64,000 nucleotides of DNA from Schizosaccharomyces osmophilus (taxonomy: Eukaryota): positions 5,270,001 through 5,334,000 of the forward strand of contig NC_079238.1 of assembly GCF_027921745.1 (NCBI RefSeq), given 5' to 3'. The notes below the pieces were generated by a model that saw only the letters and a list, made by a program, of their open reading frames with translations, had not been told where the DNA came from and made no database searches. Positions 1-12,009 of the stretch are shown one piece after another; position 1 is the first letter of the stretch, and each line of letters opens with the position of its first letter. The translations under genes and the position numbers were made by a program.

Positions 1-723
1 CATCATCATAGTCAGCAAATCAAGGAAAAGAAATCCGAAAAGAACGTGCCCGCATCCTCCACCACACAGCATGAACGCCTTGATCCTTCTTCTCATAAAT
101 TACGAAAACGCCGCAGCAATGACAATCATGCGACATTGAATGATGACACCCCAACACAAGTAGAAAAAAAGAACGAGGAAGCGAATGAATCAGCTTCTTC
201 CAACAAAACAATTGCCTACTTAAATCTATTTTCCGACTGTTTCCACAACTTTATGGATGGTTTGGCCATTACCACTTCGTTTTTCGCAAACACGTCCATT
301 GGCATTACCACGACCTGCGCCGTGTTTCTTCATGAAATTCCTGCCGAAGTTGGCGACTTGGCTATCCTATTGCGGAATGGGTATACAAAACTGCAGACGT
401 TTTCCTTTCAACTCATTACCATGTTTGCCGGCCTCTTGGGATCCATTACGAGTATATGGATTCATTCGGCTGCTCTCGCCTCTACTACAAAAGACGATGC
501 CACATCTTTGTTGCCCCAAAGCTCGATTGCCTCTTTCCTTTTACAATTGGAAGACAAACTTTTGCCCTTTTCGGCTGGATGCTTCTTGTACATTGCTTGT
601 CTAGGTGTTTTTCCCGAACTCCTTGAATTGAACCAAGAGCAAAGCAAATGTTCTCAGTTTTGCTATACAATTGCTTCTTCAATTTGTGTAGTTGTTGGAT
701 TCGTGTTTTTGGTCTATATTTAA
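1..723 (+). CDS. zip3: ZIP-family zinc transporter (Yke4/ZIP7-like), 5'-truncated by window edge
   Basis: Frame open from base 1 (HHHSQQ..); ZIP motifs HNFMDG and LHEIPAEVGD, several TM helices; symbol from remembered S. pombe synteny. Confidence 0.85.
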   Translation, partial: HHHSQQIKEKKSEKNVPASSTTQHERLDPSSHKLRKRRSNDNHATLNDDTPTQVEKKNEEANESASSNKTIAYLNLFSDCFHNFMDGLAITTSFFANTSIGITTTCAVFLHEIPAEVGDLAILLRNGYTKLQTFSFQLITMFAGLLGSITSIWIHSAALASTTKDDATSLLPQSSIASFLLQLEDKLLPFSAGCFLYIACLGVFPELLELNQEQSKCSQFCYTIASSICVVVGFVFLVYI

Positions 724-1199
724 TCAAAATTTTTGTTCTATATATAAGTTTTATACAGCCATCACGATAATTTCTATTCTTTCTTTCTGATGATTTTGCG
801 GTACACTACTCGAGTTGCACACGATAAAAAGAAAAAAAGGCTAAAGAATATTGTTTGAATGAAGTATTTCCCGCAGCAGACTGCTACATGGAACAAGAAA
901 TCGCTAATGAAAAAACAGTACAGTCCCCAAAAATACACTAAAACTAACTAACTGCTCAAACTAGAGAACAGGATTTTTCCCAATTACAAATCTCAAAAGG
1001 ACAAAAGGATAAAACATTTTTTGTAAGGAATGAGAGAATATTATTCGTTAACTATCATTTCCATCATGAAAAGAGCTATGCTTATTCCATGAATTAAAGG
1101 AGGCATAAATCAGGTCAATCATCAGATTTATTGCATTTTAAGAGTTGTTGATGGCACACTCATAGAAGATATGACAATTGGAAGTAAGAGATATCCGTC

Positions 1200-1406
1200 T
1201 TACTTCTTGTCATCGACAAGACGACTGATCTTGTCGTGAGCATCTTGAGTAGAGCTTTTATTGTCATCAGAGGTAAAGTTCTTGGCGACCTTGTCGTAGG
1301 CACCAGTAAGTTGTTCCTTAGCCTTGTCGACAGTAGACTTGGAGGAGTCAGGAGTTACTTTCTCCTTGATTTGATCAGTGAAGGGCTTTCTTTCGGGATC
1401 AGACAT
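1200..1406 (-). CDS. hsp9: Heat shock protein Hsp9 (Hsp12 family), 68 aa
   Basis: MSDPERKPFTDQIKEKVTPDSSKS is typical of Hsp9/Hsp12. Confidence 0.95.
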   Translation of the reverse strand: MSDPERKPFTDQIKEKVTPDSSKSTVDKAKEQLTGAYDKVAKNFTSDDNKSSTQDAHDKISRLVDDKK

Positions 1407-1474
1407 TTTGTAATAGTTGTTTGTTGTTAATCAATTAATTCAATCGATGCTGAATATTAAGAATTCGCTCTTCC

Positions 1475-1689
1475 TTTTATAGCTTGGGATGTTTACGTTC
1501 GATGTAATTATGACAGACGCCTACCCACATGTCATGTTGATATCACCTTACATTACTACATTACTGATGAGCGTATCTTGCCTCTATATGATGTAAATAT
1601 ATGGGGCGCTCGGTTAGTGCGGGCTTCCTCTCCAATCTTTAGCGAATTCAAAGGCCTGATGGGGATTGTGCGTAAATGGGGGTTACGTA
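1475..1689 (-). promoter_or_regulatory. hsp9 promoter: TATA box plus CRE/ATF-like sites
   Basis: TATAAAA on minus strand at 1475-1481, about 70 nt upstream of the ATG; CRE-like TTTACGT (1492), TGATGTAA (1589), TTACGTA (1683). Function inferred. Confidence 0.5.
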
Positions 1690-2292
1690 TCCATATCTAA
1701 TCAGAATGGATCAAATGCAGTACACTGGGTTGCAATGCAGTATACTATATTTGGAGTGCGTGGTGGGGTTCGTTACAACTGGATACCGTTTTCAGTCTAC
1801 AACGGTATTGTCTTACGGGTTCGTAATAGGGTATATTGAAAGAAAGGTAAAAAAGACAAAATTCTCTATTGTTTTGTTTTTTTTTTTTTTGTTTCTTAGA
1901 AGATAGAAAAGAATTTAAAGTTTCAAAAGGAATTCAATTTGCTTTTCGAGCGGTTGTTTTGGGAGAAAAAGGAATCTTTATTGTCGGTGGATTGCAACAA
2001 ACGATCCCTCTTTTCTTAGGTAATTCAACTACTTTGATTCAATTTTCATTTCTATTTTTTAGACAGTCGCTTGCGATTACATTTACTCGCGCTCTCTCTT
2101 GACATAGCTTTCATTCATTCCCAAAGTTAGCATCATCAATCCTCTTTCGTCTTGACCGCTTACATTCTTCCTCAACACAAAGCTCCTTGGATTTTTTATT
2201 ACATTGCATCTTTCATAAAACTTTTCTAATTTTTCTTTTTCTCTTTTGGTTACGTCGAATTTCATGCATTTCTTACCATTTCAAACAAAACC

Positions 2293-4562
2293 ATGTCTAA
2301 GCTTTCTCAACTGCTAAATGCTAGACGAGCTAACCAACAGAATCCCTCTTTGTCAGAATCTTCTGGAAAATTAACTTCTCTTTTGAAATCTCCACCTTCT
2401 TCTGAACAAGAACATTCTACATCTGTGGATCCCGTGCATACAACATCCAATGCTACTGCAGAATCATCTGCTTCTACTTCGCGTATGTACCTATCCATAG
2501 AATCATCCGTAATTTGCAATCTTTCATGTATCATGCTAACCTTGCTAAGACCCTAATGGTCTTTCGAAATTAGCGGCATTGACTGCCCACAAAAAAAAGG
2601 TTGAAAACTTTGAAGACACTCCTAATAAGCGTTCCTTACCGTCTTCCTCTTCCTCTCAATCGGACTCTAATCCAAAGGATTCTTCTGACAAGGAACAATT
2701 GTTACAGCGATTCCGCAAAGTACGTATTGCAGAATCAAAAGAACCTAATGAGGAACCTCATCTTGTCCATCGTCAAGAATCACCGTCTTCTGTACAAAGT
2801 GAAAGACTAGAAGGCATTGAAGATGATCTTACTTCTTCTACGTCGGAAGTCCCGCCCATCCATCTTTCTTCATCGCATACACCTTTGCTAGCTGCCCCGT
2901 CCATCTTTGCTCGATGTCTGACAGGTGCTAAAAAGAAGGCTTCACAAAGTGAAATTAAAGTAAACCTGAAAAGAAGCTCCATTCTTGGCTTTAACACTCC
3001 GAGTCCTGATGACCTCGTTTTGATGGCCCAATCGAAATCCAAGGGTATGACTCAATGTCTTACAAATTCCATTCTAACGTTCTCTTTTTTTTTAGGTTTG
3101 CAAAGATACAGCAAAAAAGACAAGGCCCTGTTTGATTCTCTTGAGCAACTCAAGACTGACAGCCTTCAACAAACCTCGAATTCCATGACTTCGTCGACAG
3201 CAACTAAAGATGTGTTGGTTGATAAAAAGAAGCTTTTGGAAATCTCAAAAGAGATAAAACCGACAACCCGTATTTCAATTTTCGGTCCCCCGAGAGTCGG
3301 TAAGAAGACTCTTTTAGCTCGGCTTTTGTATCAAGTAGGAGCGCTCGACATCAAATTAATGCAAAGATGCACCCTTTTAAACTCTAGAAAAGAAAACATT
3401 TCCTCAGTTCTTGGTCGTAATGCTTCCGACCTTTATCAATTTGAAACGTTTTCGCATAATTACTTGTCTTCCCTTTTTGCCTTACCCCTTCACGACCTTG
3501 CATCGTTTGCACCATTCCTACAAATAACCGATATTGCCATCATTATTATTCATGCAAAATACCCATTAGATGAAATAGAAAGCATTGTTTGCCTGCTACG
3601 ATTATGTTACGGAGAAACCATCAGAAATGTTTTGTTTGTTGTAACTCAAATGGACCAAGTTTCTTGGCAAGAAGAGCAATATCAATCTGCTATTTCGTCT
3701 ATCACGACTTGTCTGAAGGATTTCCATGGCATTACTGTTCCTCCATCCTGTTTTGTGCCAGTTAGTGGATTCAAGGGAGACAATTTGACTACTCTTTCAT
3801 ATGGAACATTACAGTCATGGTACGGTTCTGAAACTTTATTGGGAAAAATTGACGAGCTGTCCGATAAGTCTATGAAAGAAAAGGTCCGTTTGCAACAACT
3901 GCCCTTGTCGTTGTCCATCTCGTCTTGGTCTTTACTCCCAGAAAACAAGATTAGCGCACAATTTGACGTACATTCTGGTATCGTTCAAGCACACCAAAAT
4001 ATTTACACCTCTGTCGGAAAGATTGAGACAAAAGTTCATGGTAAGTCATGTACAAATTCTGATTTATTAACTCATTAGGTCTCAAATTACACCAACATGC
4101 CAAGACGTGGTGTTTACCCGGTGAACATACAGAAATGCATCTATCTTCTCTACCAAATTTATTGTAAGTTGTCCATCTTTGTAGACTTTACTAATTACCA
4201 GGAATGGAACCCTTTGTGTCGATGAAGAAAATGCCTACCATTTATCCCGGAATGCTTATATAACTGCATTCATTTTTCATTCGTTTCTCAAGGAGCAGAG
4301 TCCTGTCCATGTGAATGCCTTCTTTGGTGCTTTCCGTATGAGTGGAAAAGCCTTTTTTTATTCTGAGGGAAAAGAAAATGGTATGGCGTTACAGGGATTG
4401 GACTTTCAGAATAAGAATCTTCTCTTACTTCGGCTAGAGTTGGATCAATCTATTCCCCTTGTAGAATTCAACAATGTACCTTCCCTAAGTCGACTTTTGT
4501 TGCTATCCAAAGAAGAGAATATTTTATTGGCCTCTGGAGTTGTCGTGTCTGTTCAAAAGTAA
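2293..4562 (+). CDS. ski7: Ski7 exosome/Ski-complex cofactor (Hbs1/eRF3-like GTPase fold), 5 exons
   Basis: Introns 2483-2549, 3045-3095, 4041-4078, 4164-4201 give a continuous frame; Ski7 motifs LSKLAAL and FNTPSPDDLVLMAQ; degenerate P-loop GPPRVGKKT. Confidence 0.88.
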
Positions 4563-4866
4563 GCTTTATCTTTCTGGTGAGCTTTTGCAATTAGACGAAC
4601 GGATCTGATCCAGTTGATTCCACTTCAGAGGATGTCTATAAAGCATTCATGTTTGATGATTAACTTTTTGTTTTTTTATTAATAAAAAGAAATGACTCTT
4701 ACTCAATGATTTTATTTACAATTTTATGTTTCGTTTAAAGATATGATTCTTTCAAGCGAACGACTGAGTACGGTATGCAGAATACCGTACTCGTTAAAGG
4801 TCGGTAAATTGGAAATCATAACATTCCAGGACGGTCATGAACACTATCCTTTTACCATTCATCACA

Positions 4867-5627
4867 ATGGCAAGTCGCTTGGCAAGTATTTACGGTACAG
4901 AGCAAGACAAAGTAAACTGTACGTTTTATTCAAAAATTGGTGCTTGTCGACACGGAGAACGATGCTCTCGTAAGCATGTGAAGCCAAATTTCAGTCAAAC
5001 GATTTTGTGCCCCAATTTGTATAAGAATCCAATCCACGAACCAGCAGGAAAGCGGATGTCTGATCGCGAATTGAATTTCCAATTTGACGCGTTTTATGAA
5101 GATATGTTTTGTGAATTTGCCAAATATGGTGAAGTGGAACAAATTGTTGTTTGTGACAACGTCGGAGACCGTAAGTTCGTGTGGGATATAGCCATTAGGA
5201 AACAACTGGACTTTTTTATTAAATTGGCTTGGCCCGTTGTTGCTTCTTTTGTTCAATAAACTAATAAATTCTAGATCTAATCGGAAACGTGTATGTGCGT
5301 TTTAAGTATGAAGATTCTGCACAAAAGGCTGTGGACGATTTGAATTCACGTTGGTATTCCCAAAAGCCAGTATATGCCGAGTTGTCTCCTGTTACCGACT
5401 TTCGTGAGGCCTGTTGCCGTCAGCACGAGACATCAGAATGTTTGCGCGGTGGCCTGTGTAACTTTATGCATGCCAGAAAGCCAGATCATCACTTAATGCG
5501 GGAGTTAAATACGTCTCAACGTAAATACTTTACTATGAATGCTTACGATGAGATGACAAAAAAAGCTTTGAATCCACAGGGCTCATCGGATAATTGGGTG
5601 GGCGCGTCGGTTGAGCAAAGAAGATAA
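4867..5627 (+). CDS. uaf2: U2AF small subunit (U2AF23/U2AF35), 2 exons
   Basis: MASRLASIYGTEQDKVNCTFYSKIGACRHG; two CCCH fingers flanking a UHM; intron 5171-5274. Confidence 0.96.
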
Positions 5628-6069
5628 TTTACTTTAGAGTCGTTATGTTTTTCCTTTTAAGGCGAGAATATTCTGGGTCTATGAGGTTTTTGGGATGTTT
5701 ATTTAATTATTCAAGAAATGGTATTCTAATAGACTTACACCATGTATATGGGTTTATGAAGAAAAAGCTAATTTAAATTGCTCTTATAAAAAAGCTCGAT
5801 CATATCGTAGAAATCACTGGGTTAACTTTCCACGTATCTTCATCTTCACAAATTGCCTAAGATTCTTTGATTTATCTTGTTAAATATGTGCATCATTTAC
5901 GCGTTTCATAGCCTTCGTTTCGTATTCATAGAAAATTGCCAAAGGAAATCATTACCAACAACACTACATAAAACCTTCAAACAAGCTACTTTTTCCAAAT
6001 GAATAAATTATACTCTGGCTACTAATTTTATAAACATTGTTAAACCAAAAATGAATTCCCAAAATATTT

Positions 6070-7481
6070 TTAGTCCCTTGCGTTTTGACGGCGAGTACGA
6101 ACAGCCTCAGCAAGCCCTTCAAGCATAGGAACGGTTTGTTCCCAGCTGACACAAGCATCAGTGATACTAATACCATATTTAAGAGTCTCCTTGGTACCGG
6201 GCTTAATAGGAGCATCTTGGCGGCCTTCGTTGATATGAGACTCAATCATGACACCAATAATGGAGTCATCGCCATTACGAATTTGTTCAGAAATGGTTTC
6301 AGAGACAACAGGTTGATTGCGGTGGTTCTTGGTGGAGTTGCCATGAGAGCAGTCAACCATGATACGAGGGGGAAGGTTCGACTTGACTAATTGTTCGCGG
6401 ACAGCACGAACATTTTCAGCGTCATAGTTGGGGCCCTTCTTACCACCACGCAAAACGATGAAAGTGTCTTTGTTGCCCTTGCTCATGCAAATAGAGGCAA
6501 TACCTTGCTTGTTGACGCCAAGCATGGTGTGAGAGTGGGCGGTGGCACCGATGGCATCAACAGCAACGTTGATGGTACCGTCAGTACCGTTCTTGAAACC
6601 AACAGGGAAGGACAAGGCGGAGGCCAATTCACGGTGTAATTGAGACTCGGTAGTACGGGCACCGATAGCGCCAAAACTCAAAAGATCTCCAAAGAACTGA
6701 GGAGAAATGCTGTCAAGCATTTCGCTAGCCAAAGGCACACCAAAGTCGGTAACGTCACAGTACATCTTACGAGACATGTGAAGACCCTTGTTGATGGCAT
6801 AAGAACCGTCCAAGTTAGGGTCGTTTACCAAACCCTTCCATCCGACAGTGGTACGGGGCTTCTCCAAATAGCAACGCATGACGATGCAGAGAGAGTCCTT
6901 AAGTTCTTCGGCCTTGGGCTTCAAGAGCTTAGCATAGTCCATGGCCAACTTGGGGTCATGGATTGAGCAAGGACCAACAACAACGATGATACGATCATCA
7001 GCCTTGTTTAAAATAGCTTGAAGCTCGCGACGAGATTGCTTGACAGCATTACGAGAAGCCTCAGTTGCGGGCAATTCTTGTTGGAGCAATGCAGGTGAAA
7101 CCAAAGGGTTGTAGCCCATGATGCGGCTATCGTCGAGGGCTTCAGGGTCGTTGGTGGCACCGTTAGGAAGGAAAGCCTAATAACAAGTTAGCGTCAATTT
7201 TCTTTTTGCAATGATATGAGAATCAACTTCAAAATTTAAGAACATATAAAACTTCAAGTCTAGCCTAGCTTCAATATCAATTTTAATTTAGGAAAGGCAT
7301 AAGAAAATTTCCAACTTTTCCTCTTTCATCCTTCGTGATTCAGCTTTGGCGACTTAAATATCTCAACGTTTCAATTTTAATTGAAATGTCTTGGAAGGTA
7401 TATAGCTTCAAACATCACTTTCCGTTATAATGCTTTCAACATTCTTAATTTTTGATTCGCTTCTATACTTACAGGAGACAT
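6070..7481 (-). CDS. aro3: DAHP synthase class I (phospho-2-dehydro-3-deoxyheptonate aldolase), 2 exons
   Basis: GPCSIHD, KPRTTVGWKG, IGARTTESQ, DCSHGNS; 9-nt first exon MSP (7473-7481) and intron 7177-7472. Confidence 0.93.
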
Positions 7482-8351
7482 TTTGTAATTAGACTCTTTA
7501 TGTGAATAAAATTGTTCTTCTAATATCTTTCTTTTGTTTTACCGGAAAGAAGGGATTCAATACTTCCTGACAATAATCACAGGTGTGTTTGGCTCTGTCT
7601 AAGTGATCGTCTCACTGATCATCAATACTACCTGGTGATGCTAGTTCGGTAAACGTCGAACAGAGAGACTGTAACGAGCAAACAGATGTATCATGATAAA
7701 CTACGACATTTACTAATACGTTGGTTCGAGAATGCTACCGCTAATGCGACACTTGACTTAATAAACCTTCAATATAACGAATGGACGAAAAAACTGTGAA
7801 ATCGCTTCTATCCAACAATGAAATGCTACAATCGTAAACTTGGATTACTATAATTAAAAAAATGTTTCTATTATACTTTTTTTTGGAGGATTCAAGCCCA
7901 ATTGGACGCTGCTAACATCTATTTGATCAGTCGTATGCAAAATAGGAACGTTCAAAACACCGTAAAAACAAACAAAACAGCAGACGACAAACAAATCGGA
8001 GATATACTAATTATTTAGGAATTGCTAGACAACGAAATCTTAAAAGTTGGGTTTGTTTTACCTCGTCATTTCACGGTAATTGTTTACACAATTTTCGCAA
8101 AAAATTTCGAAGTGACTGCGTTTTTTTTTTTTGCAGCAAGGGAAACTAACCAGCAGCAAGTAGTCGAGGTTTGAAGTAGATGCTAAAATGATACATTTCT
8201 TCTAAAATTCAAAAACACTAAAATATGTTTCTTTCCATAATCAAGTCCTTCCGCTTAACGTGGTATCGTACACCTTTCATTTGGTTCAATAACCTACGTG
8301 TACGATTGTATGATATTATAGTAAAATAAAATCATATTATTAATTTTTTCC

Positions 8352-8422
8352 TGTAAGCATATGCAATATATAGTAACATACTCAGTAGTCAGTGTAAGCA
8401 TATGCCTATATGATACTCTGTA
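8352..8422. repeat. Imperfect direct duplication TGTAAGCATATGC...ATACTC.GTAG upstream of cdc4
   Basis: TGTAAGCATATGC exact at 8352-8364 and 8393-8405. Confidence 0.7.
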
Positions 8423-8547
8423 GAGATCATTCGAATGCCGTATACAGTAAACAAATGCTTCATGACAACCGTTGCTAGGAGCCGTTTGTGTACGATCCTA
8501 GACATAAACGAAAGAAACTGAACTTGGAAATTCCACATCACCAAAAA

Positions 8548-9271
8548 ATGTCTACAGACGATTCTCCCTATAAGCAAGGTAAGAAGTTCGCAGATGAAAC
8601 GAAACACGTATGGACTGACATATTTTTAGCATTCTCTCTTTTTGACCGTCATGGAACTGGCAGCATTCCCAAAAGCTCGATCGGTGATTTATTGCGCGCC
8701 TGTGGTCAAAACCCTACTTTGGCTGAAATAACTGAAATTGAATCGACTCTTCCCGCCGAAGGTATGTGTGGTAATTTCAAGGACATAGCTGTTGTTTCAA
8801 GCTTGCTCACGAAGTGATGCTGCTACTGCTTCTGCTACAGTTTTGTTTTGCTGGTGATTATTTCTTTTTTCGTCCCTTTGCTTACTGTTTAGTTGGTATG
8901 GATCAATTTCTCCAAGTCTTAAATCGTCCCAATGGTTTTGATATGCCCGGTGATCCTGAGGAATTCGTCAAGGGATTCCAAGTATTCGACAAGGATGCCA
9001 CTGGCATGATTGGTGTTGGTGAATTGCGTTATGGTATGTGATTTACTTTGTATTCTTATAATATTTCAGTCACTAACTTTTTCAGTTTTAACTTCTTTGG
9101 GCGAAAAACTCACAAATGAGGAAATGGATGAGCTCTTAAAGGGTGTTCCAGTCAAAGAGGGAATGGTTAACTATCATGGTATGCTCAATTCTGAATTCTA
9201 CCAACCTTCTTTTTTTTCCTGATAATAACCAATAATTTACAGATTTTGTCCAAATGATTCTTGCCAATTAA
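8548..9271 (+). CDS. cdc4: Myosin II essential light chain Cdc4, 5 exons
   Basis: MSTDDSPYKQAFSLFDRHGTG..DFVQMILAN; introns 8579-8629, 8762-8892, 9034-9085, 9179-9242. Confidence 0.97.
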
Positions 9272-9788
9272 ACTACCTAAGCTCATAATCGGTCTTGTCC
9301 GTTATACCCTTTTTATGCTCTGTTCTAGATTCACCTTCTTTTTAATCTCCTTTACCTTACTTCGCACTTGACTTTTTAGACGGTATAGCATAGTACGGCT
9401 AGCGCCTTTTCTTTTTCTTTCATCTAGAGTTTTTCCTAGTGAAATGTAATTTTTATGTCTACCAAATAATATGCATCTCTTGTCAGTTTCAAAAATATTC
9501 TTTGTACAAATTTCTTTCCTTCAAATTGTACAATATCTTTTGGAAGAGTTTTTCGTATTTATGGCCTTCGTAACTTTCAAGACATGGCGATTTATTTTTA
9601 AGTAGTTCCGCTCATTAATAAATTATCTAGCAGTGAAAAAGAAACGCTTTCATTACACGCCCATACATTTGCATTTTTGTCTTTTCCGCATAGCCTAATT
9701 CATTCAAATTCTTGTCAATCAATACATATAACAAAAGAACCTTTCAACTTGTATCCGAAAATGCAATTATCTATTTAAACCCGAAAAC

Positions 9789-12009
9789 TTAGTCGGCTGT
9801 TTCTTCAAGTGCTTGATTTGCAAAAAATTGAACATCTTCGTCGCCGTCCTTTGTAAGGTGTTCTAAAATAGGCAAAATTTCTTGTTGATATACATCGCCT
9901 TTCCCGTCCGACTTTAGTACAGGGCTCAAAACTTTCAAGGACTTAGCAACATTAAAACGAATATTAGGAATAGCATCTTTAGCCAGATGCTGCAATATGG
10001 GAAGAATTTGAGTCTCAATTACGGTCGCATTCAGCACCGGTGCAAGTTCCTATAAATTAGTTAGAATTGACCAAGTTATACAGTAAAAGAAATATATGTA
10101 ACGGCACACTTACACTAATAGCGAATATGGTAGTCATACGATACAGATAATTAGGATGTCCACGCATAGCCAGGAATTTTGGTATAATGGTTTTTGTAGC
10201 CCATTGTAAACCAAAAACCTCAGTAAGCTGCCGCAAGTTTTTAATGGCAGCTTCACGGATAGAATACACATGATCTTCAAGCCAAGCCATGCACAGATTT
10301 CCCATTTTCTCATTAAAAAATTCCACGCCTAACTGACGAGCTAACAATGGAATATATTCGATAATTGCAAGACGAACACGCCATTGCTTATCCTCGGCAA
10401 GGGTAACGATGGCAGGCAAAAGTGATTGAGACAATAATTCAATTCCGACAACTATATGATACGTTAACAAATAGGCCTAATTTTTGAATTTCCCTACCTT
10501 TATTGACAACTTCCAACTTTGAGATAATATTAAGACGAACTTCTGGGTTTTCATCCTTTAACAATTCCAAAAACATTGGTAAGAGACATTCAATTGTTCT
10601 AAACAAAGAAAAAATAGTTAGCATACGGACTAATGGTGTAAGGGTTGCATACTTTTCTTTTCCTAACTGAGGTGCGAGAGCACCAATATTCATTCCGAGA
10701 GCAGCACGGACGTGTTGCGCGGGGTCATTGATTAGATCTTGAAGAACAGGAATTATATCATCAAGAACTGTTTGTCGGTCTAAAAGTTCACAAATTCCAG
10801 GAATCTGAGTTGCAATGGCACGACGAACTTCTTGTTCGCTGTCTTTCATGAGTAGGATAAAGGGTTGGATAAGTTCATCTTTTATAATGTCGGGACCGAC
10901 AACCTTCGCAAGCTTCACAAAATTAGCAGCTACCATATAACGAGTTCTCCAGCTGCTGTCAGGGACAAACGACCTTAAAGGTTGAATCAAGTAGTGACGA
11001 ATATCGGAGTCGTCTTCCAACACCTTGGCCAGGGAAATCAGGATATCAAATGAAAGAAGACGGACGGAGTCTTGATCATCGTTAGAAAGAGAGTTGAAAA
11101 GTGGGATAAATTCATCAATGGCCTCCTGTTTTGAAATGAGAAGGATAAAATTTGCGCAGTTTGTGGCAGCAGGACGGCGAACCATAGGTGCTTCATCATG
11201 GCACAAGTGACTGAAGCTTTGACGGAGAGATACTTTAACAGCGGGGTTTTGAGATTGTGAATATGCTGCGCAATACAAACCAGCAGAAGAAGCACGGGAA
11301 GTAAACCATTCAGCTGTAGATAAGCGTTGTACTAAAGGCACAAAGTATTGCTCCAATTGTTCTTGAGACAAGTATTTGCAGACGTTATTTAAGGCCTCCA
11401 CAGACTTTTCACGCACAAGAGTTTCTTCGGTTGCAGCAAGGTTTTCCAAAGGTGATAGTAACACATGAGCATATTCAGGTCCTCCGACAAAGTCCACAAA
11501 ATTGCCTAATTGACCTGCTAAAGCAGATAAAACTTCATCTTCATCATCGATCGACTCTAATCAAAGGCATTAGTTTTCCTTCCAATTCAAATGTATTATT
11601 GTCTTATTTTTTTTGGAAAAGGAAAGAAAACAAGACAAAGATGTAAAGGGTCCCAGCATCTTTTCTTGCGGTTCCGAACACATCCTTCCATCAAGTCATC
11701 TTCCCAATTCCGACCAAAATTTCGTACAATTCAAGCATAAAACATACCGTCTAAAAATGGGATCAACTCATCGCGTGTACGTTCTGGTCCCAAAGCCAAA
11801 GCAATTGTTGATAACCGATTTAAGGCATTCAATCTGTAGGTAATTTCATCATGCTTTTCCATTGATTAACATCGTTTCACAAATATGTGTCAAATACCTT
11901 TAATTCATCAATTAAGACAGCAATGGGGTACAAATCGTTTCCTTGCTATTATCATTACCGTTAGTTCAGCAGCTCAAGAATCCCAATTTCTTACATCTTC
12001 TGTTTGCAT
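9789..12009 (-). CDS. paa1: PP2A scaffold A subunit (HEAT repeats), 7 exons
   Basis: [25 protein letters not shown]..; introns 11946-11994, 11854-11897, 11557-11747, 10599-10652, 10452-10497, 10050-10113. Confidence 0.96.

Noticed and set aside
2039..2279. Minus-strand ATG-GTAAGA..CTAAC..AAG spliced micro-ORF (MLCQERARV..)
   Set aside because: Starts 14 nt from the ski7 ATG, gives only ~23 codons, and the donor is the reverse complement of the recurring YTACCA motif
6085..6966. Chain of antisense ORFs over the DAHP synthase gene
   Set aside because: Same antisense codon-bias artefact
7338..7402. GTGATGT...CTGA in the 296-nt aro3 intron
   Set aside because: Degenerate C box, no stem, no recognisable guide
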